Shown: one piece after another, positions 1 to 8,339 of the stretch
Numbering within the stretch: the stretch's first letter is position 1
Layout of the letters: every line of letters begins with the position of its first letter
Source: a virus
Length of the DNA: 64,000 nt
Reading direction: 5' to 3' (one strand)
IMG/VR virus record: IMGVR_UViG_3300044712_000557
Coordinates: 1-64,000 of that record
Notes under the pieces: generated by a model
What the model saw: only the letters and a program-made list of their open reading frames with translations
The model's database searches: none
What the model was told of the DNA's origin: nothing
Position numbers and translations under genes: made by a program

Positions 1-534
1 GCTGTGTTCAATCGTCCACCAGCACGGCTCGACTTTATTGCGGTAGTCAGACAACGCCTGACCACCTAGTTTGTTGTAGAACTCACGGGTGAGATACAGA
101 AACGTTGCGTCATTGATGATGCGCTTTGCGGAAGGCTCACCCCACGCCCAACGATCACTAGGCGCGGGGGAGCCACCAACGAAGAGGCCGCCCGGCTTTA
201 GGATGCGCCAAAGTTCCTGCATCCCCTTGAAGAATCCTTCAGCATTGCCCTGTTGCCCATAGAGCCCCATGACCGAATAGGCATGGATCTCATCGAAAGA
301 TCCGCTAGGGCAGGGGATCATGCTAGTGGTATATCCATCAGATGTGATCCAGTCCGATGTGGTCCAGTCCGAAGGCTGCTCAATGCTGTTTAGGTTGAAG
401 AGGATATCGGGCCTGCAGCGAAAGTCTGCGTCTAGGGTCGTCCATTCGATGGTTGCGTCGGCTGTGTTTGGCAGAAAGAGCTTCCTCTTCTTACCGTCGT
501 TGCCAGCTCCCAACGACAAGCACTTCAAGATCAC
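1..534 (-). CDS. class I SAM-dependent methyltransferase (3' end runs off window)
   Basis: Hand translation from GTG at 534: MILKCLSLGAGNDG...SFDEIHAYSV...ELWRILKPGGLFV; open frame to position 1. Confidence 0.75.
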   Translation of the reverse strand, partial: MILKCLSLGAGNDGKKRKLFLPNTADATIEWTTLDADFRCRPDILFNLNSIEQPSDWTTSDWITSDGYTTSMIPCPSGSFDEIHAYSVMGLYGQQGNAEGFFKGMQELWRILKPGGLFVGGSPAPSDRWAWGEPSAKRIINDATFLYLTREFYNKLGGQALSDYRNKVEPCWWTIEHS

Positions 535-645
535 TTGATCACCTTCTTGCAGTCACACCACTGAGCGGTACACCCACGAGGGCCGTGGATAGATTCGAAG
601 TGCCTGCAGCCCTTGCAGGTTCCAGGCACCACGATCTTCTTTGCC

Positions 646-1293
646 TTACTCGGTGCTGCCTTTTGGCTTCTCATCGTTTTTGATCGTTGTCTTGAAGTAC
701 GCCTTCGCAGCATGATGATACACGACAACGCCCTCTGGGTCCATGAAGTTTGGTGCGCATCTTGAGCCAAACGTCTTTAAGTTGAAGATTTGATCTTCAA
801 CTTCACGAGTGAGGAACGGACCTTCGTAGAGAAGCGGCACAACGCCAAGGCCCTCGGGGATCGGAAGGCTAGCCGCAGCACGGCCAGACAAGACCGGACC
901 CCACTGAGACGTATTGAACAGCGAGAAACGCTTGTCGTTACCCGTGAGTCCGTACCTACGCTGGATACCCGCGCCCCAGAACTCTCCGTAGTGGCGACCT
1001 TCGCCTAGTACGTCAAAGAGCCCTTCGACACGCTCAAGCACCCAGGCAGCAAAACCGCTGTTGTCCTGGCCCTTTGTCGGATAGACCCAGCGGTTGCGCG
1101 AGCCGGCGTAGATATGGAAGCGTCCCTCTGGCCTATCAATCGAAACTAGAGGATCGGCCCATGCCGGTCCAGTCGGGCTCCACTCACAGCTCAGTGCATT
1201 TTGGATCAGGATCTGCCCGTTCGTCCCGTCGATCTTCTCGGTGATGGTGCAGTCGCGGAACAGCCTTGGGATCTTCTTGAACTCCTCAAACAT
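646..1293 (-). CDS. ATP-dependent RNA ligase (Rnl2-like nucleotidyltransferase domain)
   Basis: Motif I TEKIDGTN, then GSRNR, GEFWGAGIQ, FSLFN, PEGVVV, YFK. Confidence 0.8.
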   Translation of the reverse strand: MFEEFKKIPRLFRDCTITEKIDGTNGQILIQNALSCEWSPTGPAWADPLVSIDRPEGRFHIYAGSRNRWVYPTKGQDNSGFAAWVLERVEGLFDVLGEGRHYGEFWGAGIQRRYGLTGNDKRFSLFNTSQWGPVLSGRAAASLPIPEGLGVVPLLYEGPFLTREVEDQIFNLKTFGSRCAPNFMDPEGVVVYHHAAKAYFKTTIKNDEKPKGSTE

Positions 1294-1417
1294 TCTTCAG
1301 CCTCCTACGGAACACGCGGAAGGAGATCGGCTTCATCCCCTCAGGAACGTGCGGCAGCACCCCCTTCAGCCAGATGTTGTACATCTTGGCCAGCCTCTTG
1401 ACCTTGACTCCGCGCAT
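1286..1417 (-). CDS. small basic hypothetical protein (43 aa)
   Basis: MRGVKVKRLAKMYNIW...; fills the gap and overlaps both neighbours. Confidence 0.5.
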   Translation of the reverse strand: MRGVKVKRLAKMYNIWLKGVLPHVPEGMKPISFRVFRRRLKNV

Positions 1418-1746
1418 CAGATTTCCTTTCCGCCGTGACGAAACGCCCTAGTCGTGTTGTAGTTCATCTTTGTGCGGAGTACCAGCTCAAGGTCCACGTC
1501 ATTGGCTTCGCACCAGTCGAAGATCCTGATCACCGCATCTGCCATCTCAACCGGGATTCCTTCCGGCTTCCCATCCTTGAGATAAACCTCGTTCAGTCCA
1601 CGCCCATTGCGGAACTCCTCGACGGCCTCGGAGATCTCGGACACGATGAGCAGCATCTTCTCGCAGAAGAGTGCCCGACCCGCCGACTCCCACCCCTTAG
1701 CTTTGTTGTTGACGCGGATTTCCTTCATCGTCTCAGCGATGTTCAC
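1417..1746 (-). CDS. MazG-like all-alpha NTP pyrophosphohydrolase
   Basis: SEISEAVEEFR...EMADAVIRIFD...KMNYNTTR. Confidence 0.8.
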   Translation of the reverse strand: MNIAETMKEIRVNNKAKGWESAGRALFCEKMLLIVSEISEAVEEFRNGRGLNEVYLKDGKPEGIPVEMADAVIRIFDWCEANDVDLELVLRTKMNYNTTRAFRHGGKEI

Positions 1747-1943
1747 TCTGCCTCCTCAACGGAATATCCAGCGATCGTCTTCACGCAAAAGACCGCGTGC
1801 CCGAAGTTGTCAGTCGCCTCACCCTTGGCGTTCTTCACGTTGTATGTAAACGCTACGTAGTCCGGGGTCGGAGCCTTGACGGCCTCCACCCCATCGAACC
1901 GAAGATGCGCCCCGTACGGCAAGAACACACGAACCGTCTTCAT
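1743..1943 (-). CDS. hypothetical protein
   Basis: 4-nt overlaps with both neighbours. Confidence 0.6.
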   Translation of the reverse strand: MKTVRVFLPYGAHLRFDGVEAVKAPTPDYVAFTYNVKNAKGEATDNFGHAVFCVKTIAGYSVEEAE

Positions 1944-2563
1944 GCTTCCTCCACTTTGATGTCATCGAACAGCACGGCAACACTCGCCTGGAATTGCTTC
2001 AGCAGTGGCACTGCGATCTCTCGCATCTGAGGGTGCGCGCCCTTCGCCGTACGCTGCTTGAAGAAGTTCCGCCAGGACCGCAGGTTGAGCGTCATAATGA
2101 TCTCGGTCTTCAGGTTGGTAGGCAAAACGCCGCGTGCAATCTGAGGCTTCACTCCAAGATCGAGAAGAGCGAAGTAGCATCTCTCACACGTTGACATCGC
2201 CTCAACCCAATGTCGGTATTCCGCCATGCCGAGCCCTGGGGGCTGGACAACAGTGATCTCTCGTCCGAAGCATTCCTTGCTGTAGTTGCAGTACCGAGTG
2301 GACTCTTGCGAGTACGACGCGATGCGATTCCGCACGATCTCATGAGAGATTCCACGGTCGCAGATAATCCTGACGGTAACAACCTCATGCTCGATCACGC
2401 TTTCATGCTGTCTGTCGATGAGCGACTTTGCGAAGATCTCAGCGGTTCCCTTCGCGATGCGGCCCTCACTCTTATAGCAAACCCGGCCGTACTTTTCAAT
2501 GTTCTGTAGCGTCCAAGGGTCAAGCCCGGCTAGGATTTCAAAGCTAGCGGGAACGATCTTCAC
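1940..2563 (-). CDS. thyX: flavin-dependent thymidylate synthase
   Basis: HESVIEH, SHEIVRNRIASYSQESTRY (signature with H->N), ARGVLP, NLRSWRNF, AHPQMR. Confidence 0.9.
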   Translation of the reverse strand: MKIVPASFEILAGLDPWTLQNIEKYGRVCYKSEGRIAKGTAEIFAKSLIDRQHESVIEHEVVTVRIICDRGISHEIVRNRIASYSQESTRYCNYSKECFGREITVVQPPGLGMAEYRHWVEAMSTCERCYFALLDLGVKPQIARGVLPTNLKTEIIMTLNLRSWRNFFKQRTAKGAHPQMREIAVPLLKQFQASVAVLFDDIKVEEA

Positions 2564-3393
2564 AGTACCACCTGTCCCCTGAAGTACACGCGCCCCTCAG
2601 GCGTAGCCCAGACCATCTCGGGGCCAACGAACTTGCCACCCTTGAAGCCAAGGATCACGAAGCCAGACTGCCAATTCTGCGAGTTGTCTTCGGTGTAGTT
2701 CGTGAACTGAGCGCTCTCAACTGTGCTGATGGTGCCAGCATCGATGCCCCAACGTAGACCTCGATAGTCGGAGAAGGGCTTGACCCAGAGCCGGTGATCA
2801 TGTCCCGTAACAATCGATACTCCTGAGGCGATAGCATTGTTGTAAGCTCCATACTCACCGCCCTTGAATCGATGCTTGATAACAACCTCAGGGATCGCCT
2901 GATTCCCGATCCACGTAGCCCACGCAGGAAGCCAACCAGGGAAGTGATCCTTCAGCGTCGTGCCGAAGACGCCTGCGTACTCTGGAACCTTCTCGGCGAG
3001 CTTCGTCTCAAAGCGAGCATCGTGGTTCCCCAAGTTCCACACGCGGTACTGCACGAATGGAAGCTCCTCGTATTCTTTGAACCGAGCTGCTGTTTCCTTC
3101 AACTCAGCAACCACGGTGGGACGCTCCTTCAGCTCAACGAAGGACGACACGGGCCAGCGAGAGATGGACGCACCGTCGATGGCGTCACCGTTCGCAATGA
3201 TGGCCCAGGGACGCAGCGCGTTGGCGAGCAGGATGCTTGCCTTGTGCGCGGGCGAAGGAGGCGCATCGGGATGGTAGTGCTGGTCGGACACAACGAAGAC
3301 GTAGCCGTCTAGCGCGGGCAGGAGAACGCGTGCGCCGAAGCGCGCCCGTCCATAGTTCTGGTTGGCTGTCACGAAATGATCAAGCTCGTTCAT
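2560..3393 (-). CDS. calcineurin-like metallophosphoesterase
   Basis: SDQH, NGDAID, GNHD, GHDH metal-binding motifs. Confidence 0.85.
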   Translation of the reverse strand: MNELDHFVTANQNYGRARFGARVLLPALDGYVFVVSDQHYHPDAPPSPAHKASILLANALRPWAIIANGDAIDGASISRWPVSSFVELKERPTVVAELKETAARFKEYEELPFVQYRVWNLGNHDARFETKLAEKVPEYAGVFGTTLKDHFPGWLPAWATWIGNQAIPEVVIKHRFKGGEYGAYNNAIASGVSIVTGHDHRLWVKPFSDYRGLRWGIDAGTISTVESAQFTNYTEDNSQNWQSGFVILGFKGGKFVGPEMVWATPEGRVYFRGQVVL

Positions 3394-3604
3394 TGTTCTT
3401 CATGGCCTCGCAGTAATCACGAACCGTAGTGCGGCTGCAGGTAAATCCCTTGGTTCGTAGATACTTGGTGATGTCGGAGTGGCGGTTGTCGGTAAATGCT
3501 CTACTACTTAGGATTGTATCCCTAAGTGCCTTATTGGCCTGAAGCAGATCGCGCAACTGCTGCAGGGCGCTGGGCTTGAACATCGCGTCGAGTTCGTTTA
3601 CCAC
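3380..3604 (-). CDS. small hypothetical, possibly HTH-like protein
   Basis: ORF in track (3380-3664); likely GTG start at ~3604 after GAGGAG; C-terminal SRTTVRDY. Confidence 0.45.
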   Translation of the reverse strand: MVNELDAMFKPSALQQLRDLLQANKALRDTILSSRAFTDNRHSDITKYLRTKGFTCSRTTVRDYCEAMKNNERA

Positions 3605-4425
3605 CCGTAGCTCCTCTTCACAATACCGCTGGCGAAGGCAGTTGCGCGCAGAGATTCTGCCCACTTCTCGTTCTCAACCGCAGGCTCTGGCTCCTGCTTT
3701 GCCCCCTTCGGCTGGGAATCCCACTGCTGAGCAAACCACGCCAGCCCCGCGTGTGTAAAGAACGTCTGTCGGTAGTACTTCTTGTCGTCGTGGTTCTCGC
3801 GAAGTGGGAACTTGAAGTAACCGGCGTAGATGTACTGCTTGCTTGGGCGCAGCTTCCCAATGTGATTTTTCCTAGCTGGCTCTCGGTATAGGATCCCCTT
3901 GTCGATTGCAAACTTCGCCGCTGCCTTTTCTGAGATGCCAAGGTGAGCGCATCCATCGCTCCACCTAATGAGGCCATCCGCGCTAAGGAACCGGTCAGCC
4001 ATCTCCGCTTTTGGAGTCAGCGCCTTGATAGTCTCCACGCTCTCCGCAACGCGGGCCTTCTGCTTCTCAATCATGTCATTCGCAAGACGCAGCGCGTGTG
4101 CGAAGACCATCTCTGGAGTCTGCCAAGCTTCCTCCAGCTTGAGCAGATACTTCTTGGCCTCAAGAGAGCCCTCGGCCCTTGCACTGATAGCAATCAGCTT
4201 CGCCGCAGCGAACGTGAGTATGTAGACATCTCTTGGCCGACCGCCCTGGGGGTTTACCCGGTTTTCCGGGTAAACTCTAAAGTCAATCCCTTCATCGAGT
4301 TGTAGGCGCGAGATGTTGTACTTGATCCAGGTGTTGAAGTCCCATCCCATGCCCAGTCGCTCGTAAAGCTCTCGTGCGTCCACTTCGTTCGTCGGCTGCG
4401 CGTACACCGTTACTGCGCTGCTCAT
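3598..4425 (-). CDS. phage antirepressor (AntA/AntB N-terminal + KilA-C/ANT-like C-terminal)
   Basis: VDARELYERLG..DFNTWIK..GGRP...KLEEAWQTPEMV..ALTPKA..QTFFTHAGLAW. Confidence 0.85.
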   Translation of the reverse strand: MSSAVTVYAQPTNEVDARELYERLGMGWDFNTWIKYNISRLQLDEGIDFRVYPENRVNPQGGRPRDVYILTFAAAKLIAISARAEGSLEAKKYLLKLEEAWQTPEMVFAHALRLANDMIEKQKARVAESVETIKALTPKAEMADRFLSADGLIRWSDGCAHLGISEKAAAKFAIDKGILYREPARKNHIGKLRPSKQYIYAGYFKFPLRENHDDKKYYRQTFFTHAGLAWFAQQWDSQPKGAKQEPEPAVENEKWAESLRATAFASGIVKRSYGW

Positions 4426-4901
4426 CGCTCGTCTCCATCCTGACGAGTCCAGTCATATTCGACGTGAGCCTCGTCGGCCTTCGTAAACTTCCCACCCTGA
4501 CGCGCAGCCCTTGCTGCACGCTTCTGCCCAGCGATACGCTTCTGCTCCAACCATCCTTCGTACTTATCCCGGTCGTGGTACTCAGCGAAGGCCGGGATGC
4601 GGTACCCGTTTTCGAGAATCTCAAGACGTGCCTCGCCAGGGTTCGTCCGGCTGTGCATGTCCGGCGAGGTAAGACGCTGGATCGCACGGTCGAACTCATC
4701 ACGCGGAAGGAACGCCTTGCGAAGCAGGTTGCCCGGAGTGATGATGATCACACCCTCACCGTGGGATCGGTTGATCGGATCCTGCGCGAGGGCCAGGAGA
4801 GTCAACCAAAGAACCCTGGTAGCAGGATCCTCTTCCCACACCGAAGACTCAAAGAGTCGACGGTTGACTTTGAAGAACGGCTCGTCCTTGTACCTAGACA
4901 C
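4422..4901 (-). CDS. phage replication initiator (replisome organizer) N-terminal domain, stand-alone
   Basis: GTG at 4901 after GGAGGAG; FFKVNRRLFESSVWEEDPATRVLWLTLLALA..SPDMHSRT..GYRIPAFAEY resembles phage initiator N-domains. Confidence 0.65.
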   Translation of the reverse strand: MSRYKDEPFFKVNRRLFESSVWEEDPATRVLWLTLLALAQDPINRSHGEGVIIITPGNLLRKAFLPRDEFDRAIQRLTSPDMHSRTNPGEARLEILENGYRIPAFAEYHDRDKYEGWLEQKRIAGQKRAARAARQGGKFTKADEAHVEYDWTRQDGDER

Positions 4902-5082
4902 GCGACTCGATCTCCTCCCACAGAGAGACAGCGAGAACGACGCTATGCCACACGGGCCAACCCAGGGCCAAGACGATAGACGCAGTCGGAAGCATCTCGG
5001 TGTCTGACCACTCAGATACGAACGCGTAGGTAACGAGCACCCCAACCAAGTACATCCAACCTACCAGCAGCCACGCGATCAT
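4894..5082 (-). CDS. small membrane protein
   Basis: Two hydrophobic segments; operon position. Confidence 0.6.
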   Translation of the reverse strand: MIAWLLVGWMYLVGVLVTYAFVSEWSDTEMLPTASIVLALGWPVWHSVVLAVSLWEEIESRV

Positions 5083-5295
5083 CTAGATTTTCCCCCTAAG
5101 AAAATCATCGAATCGTCCCTGGCTCCAAGCCCAAGAGGCGATTCCAATGAGCCCGCAAGTCCAACCTCCGAGGAATCCAATGAGGTACTCTCCTACCTTC
5201 CCGGACTCTCCGGTGACCAGCCATACGATGAGCGACCCGGTCACCATCCCAAACCAGAACAGGAAGACTCTCAACTGCCACATCAACATCTCCAC
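5083..5295 (-). CDS. small membrane protein
   Basis: Two hydrophobic segments; GGAGG upstream. Confidence 0.6.
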   Translation of the reverse strand: MEMLMWQLRVFLFWFGMVTGSLIVWLVTGESGKVGEYLIGFLGGWTCGLIGIASWAWSQGRFDDFLRGKI

Positions 5296-5297
5296 CT

Positions 5298-5600
5298 CCG
5301 CTGGTGAGTATCTGCCTCCTACACCAGCGAGTCAAGGTTCTCGGTGGTTGGATTCGCCATTCCGCTGGTTGCTTGATGGATGGTTGGTGGTTGCTTGACG
5401 GGAGTCCATTCCCAGGCCATGTCCACGCGGCGTGGGCGCGTCCTAAAAGTGGACATCCACCAGCTTCCGATGGCTTATTTCAGAATGATGTCGTAAATAG
5501 ACCAGCGGGCCGCTGGTCGCCACCAGCGAAACACTTTTTTCCGCTGGTCCAAAACCAGCAAGAAAGAGAACAAGAAAGAGAACAAGAAAGAGAATTAACA
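5298..5600. repeat. iteron-like ACCAGC(G)/(C)GCTGGT cluster plus 12-bp tandem repeat; putative replication origin
   Basis: ~9 copies in both orientations (5298, 5323, 5362, 5459, 5501, 5511, 5522, 5541, 5554), then CAAGAAAGAGAA x3. Confidence 0.6.
5307..5335 (-). promoter_or_regulatory. sigma70-type promoter TTGACT-17-GATACT
   Basis: Minus strand ttgact cgctggtgtaggaggca gatact, directly upstream of the 5295 gene. Confidence 0.6.
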
Positions 5601-5775
5601 GATATACAGTTCTACCTCATTGGAGATGAGGGGTCTGGGGAGAAGAACCTTGTTCATTCCACCCATTCCTCTTCCCCACAAGTACGGCAACGGACCCTTA
5701 GACCGTAAACGGACACGGACACCAGCTCCACCCCATGACATCCGAAGAGATGAACGACACGATGCCAGAACTTCT

Positions 5776-6018
5776 TCAGACCCTGCATAGGTTCTCCTCG
5801 CAGTAGTCGCAGATCTTCGGAGAGCAGGCGCAGGTATCGAAGCGCTGGTTGCATCCGCAGTTGCACTCGCACGTCACCTCGGAGAACCAATGAGGGCACT
5901 CATATTTAACTCTGGCCTCCAAGATAGATCTGAGGTATATGAATTCTTCATGGGTGATCTCGATGGCCTTGAAGGCGTTTGCCAGATCCATAACGTGCGG
6001 ACGGATGTCAGCGAGCAT
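5776..6018 (-). CDS. Cys-rich hypothetical protein
   Basis: MLADIRPH...CECNCGC..CACSPKICDYC. Confidence 0.55.
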   Translation of the reverse strand: MLADIRPHVMDLANAFKAIEITHEEFIYLRSILEARVKYECPHWFSEVTCECNCGCNQRFDTCACSPKICDYCEENLCRV

Positions 6019-6283
6019 GATCGATTCCCCTTTCGCGAGCCCACTCCTCGTGAAGCTCAAGATTCTCTGGAGTCGGATTGGCGAAGTCACAAGTCGGACA
6101 AGGCTTCGACCCTCCGACCCTGACCGGAAGCACGTAGATATCCCCATCACCTTCAGGAATATCTACGAGGCCCTTCTCATAGTCCACGATACTGGCGTGC
6201 TTGACCCAATGCTGCAGATGGAGCATGAGTTGTTCTAGAGGAGCGTCGTCGGGACGTACGACGCCTAGAATGAACATCTTCAT
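6008..6283 (-). CDS. hypothetical protein with CxxC
   Basis: GAGGAGG upstream; CPTC. Confidence 0.6.
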   Translation of the reverse strand: MKMFILGVVRPDDAPLEQLMLHLQHWVKHASIVDYEKGLVDIPEGDGDIYVLPVRVGGSKPCPTCDFANPTPENLELHEEWARERGIDHAR

Positions 6284-6468
6284 TCCGATTCCTCCTCACG
6301 GTCCATGTAGCACGCCCAATGAACGAACTTGCCTTCGGTGCCCATTACGGTCACCTGTCCGTAGACGAACGGCTTTCCGCAGTCGGGACAGGTGTGCTGA
6401 GCCTTGGTGTCCTTTGGTAGGTCGAATTCCACAGAAATTTCTCCCAGAAAATAGGGGGTGGCCTGTTT

Positions 6469-6714
6469 TTAAGACCCCCCACCCTTCATCGCAGTAAGAA
6501 CTTGCAGCAGTGAAACTACCAGGATGATGTAGAGCAAGGTCAGTGTTCCCAGCATGAAGTTATCGCATGAGTCCGACTGGAATCCGCCGTACTTGTGGGC
6601 AAGGTTGCCGACCCAGCACGCCGCCCAGATCGGCACCGACAAGATCGTACCGATAGCCACGGCGTAGCCGAAGAGCACGAACGCTTGGTAGACCCACGCG
6701 AGCAGGAAGGCCAT
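6469..6714 (-). CDS. membrane protein
   Basis: Two hydrophobic helices; operon packing. Confidence 0.55.
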   Translation of the reverse strand: MAFLLAWVYQAFVLFGYAVAIGTILSVPIWAACWVGNLAHKYGGFQSDSCDNFMLGTLTLLYIILVVSLLQVLTAMKGGGS

Positions 6715-7444
6715 CAGTAGATCTCCCTGAACTGATCACACGAGTGGCAGCAGTCACACTCCGGGATGTGGCTATGGAACCCGTGCCCACACCTCTTGCA
6801 GATGGGCTCCCCGAGGAGCGGATCCGTGCCCTCGTTCTCATCACGCCCAGACTTGTAGCACTCCATGTCCTCGACAATCCCCTGGAGCTTCTCTTGCACC
6901 TCGGTGATGAAGTAGTACAAATCCTTCACCTCCGACCGTAGATACGCTAGACGTACAGCGTCAGCATCACTCTGCTTCATTTCACACCCCCAACCTCGTA
7001 AAGACGCAACGTCATCACAAACGACACGATCAGCGACATCAGCAGGAGCACCTGGAGCGCAATCTTCTGGTCGTACGTCATGCTCCCCCATTCCCCCAGC
7101 CAATCGCTAATCTTCACCAACACCCAGAAGAACCCGTACACCGCAGCGATAGCCAGGACCGTACTCCCGAATACCGCCAGGAAGCTCAGAGCCCACAGAA
7201 CCAAGAACATCTACTCCCCCTTATTCTTTGAGTGTGTCACGCTCAAGTGACTTTTGGCGAAAAAGTTCCCATGGTGTTTGGGGTATGGCGCGAAAGCAAT
7301 GAGGTCGCGTTCGACGGCTACTCCCCCCTGCCACCGCCCAGGCTGGCCCTGTGACGCGCCAGGAGACGCCAGGACAAGAGCTAGCGCACGAGCACGAGTG
7401 CTTTGCCTGCCTGCTCTTGCTACGTCGCTCCTGGGCGATCCTGC

Positions 7445-7825
7445 TCACTTGCGCAACCAGCCACTAGCGCGCCAGGGCGACCCCTTGCGAGCACGCTTGC
7501 GTGGGGATCCAACGTTGTTCGCGAGACGTGTCACCAGAACGTGCGTGTCGCCTCGTAGAGCAGCGCGCCATGCTGCGTCCAAGTCAACATCGGTCATGCG
7601 AGCAGCGGCTCGTCCTAGCGTGTCCTGGCTCGTCCTGGTGCGCGTGTAGAGCAGATCCCTGGCGCGCAGACGAGCACGATCGCGTGACGCTGCAGCCAGC
7701 GATTCACGCAGCCAGTCCAGCGCATCTCGACTCTTGAACCAGCGCTCGCTGGTCGCTCGGAACATAACCTCGATAACATCTCTTACCGGAAGTACTGCCC
7801 GGCCACCCTTGTCTTTACTGCTCAA
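7445..7825 (-). CDS. hypothetical protein
   Basis: ORF overlapping the upstream gene; RBS-like GAGG. Confidence 0.5.
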   Translation of the reverse strand: MSSKDKGGRAVLPVRDVIEVMFRATSERWFKSRDALDWLRESLAAASRDRARLRARDLLYTRTRTSQDTLGRAAARMTDVDLDAAWRAALRGDTHVLVTRLANNVGSPRKRARKGSPWRASGWLRK

Positions 7826-8168
7826 GATGCACCTCGTCCACCGCTGGGATAGTTGTCAGAACTACGTCCTGGCTCTCGCACTGGTCGCTGGTCGGTCGCT
7901 GGTCGAGAGGCTTGAACGCGATCGGCACCTCATCGTCCTGGCGTGCCCTGTAGCGAGTCAGACGCGCGTCCCTGCACGCTTGCTCCCATCGCTCGTCCCT
8001 GCGTCGTCTACGGACGACCTTGGCCCTCTTGGCCATGGCTCGATCCGCTTGCGCTCCACGCAGGCCGATCGCGGCCAGGACGATCTCGCGCGCCTCGTCC
8101 AGATCTCCCACGAAAAGTTCGTATGCTGCGTCACGGGCCATGTCTTCCATCATCTCAGCCCGCTCCAA
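7815..8168 (-). CDS. hypothetical protein (first gene of the leftward unit)
   Basis: ORF adjacent to the strand switch. Confidence 0.5.
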   Translation of the reverse strand: MERAEMMEDMARDAAYELFVGDLDEAREIVLAAIGLRGAQADRAMAKRAKVVRRRRRDERWEQACRDARLTRYRARQDDEVPIAFKPLDQRPTSDQCESQDVVLTTIPAVDEVHLEQ

Positions 8169-8268
8169 GGTTCTCGCCCTGGTACGCAGATCTCTACTAG
8201 TTCTTTAGTAGCCGAAAACTTTATTACGAATGTCTTCAATAACTTATGGATGACACGTACGATTTCTA

Positions 8269-8339
8269 TTGACACCGTAGTCGGCAACTGTGCGATGATT
8301 CGCCTGTCACCAACCCCCCGAGGTTGGGATCTTTGAAAA
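8269..8339 (+). promoter_or_regulatory. putative promoter followed by rrn-type boxB hairpin and boxA antitermination site
   Basis: TTGACA at 8269; TGcGATGAT at 8291 (long spacer); CCAACC..GGTTGG hairpin 8310-8327; GATCTTTGAAAA 8328-8339. Confidence 0.6.

Noticed and set aside
5304-5708. 134-aa plus-strand ORF with QEREQERE repeats as a real gene
   Set aside because: Antisense to the surrounding operon and overlaps its promoter; better explained as origin DNA or a relic initiator linker
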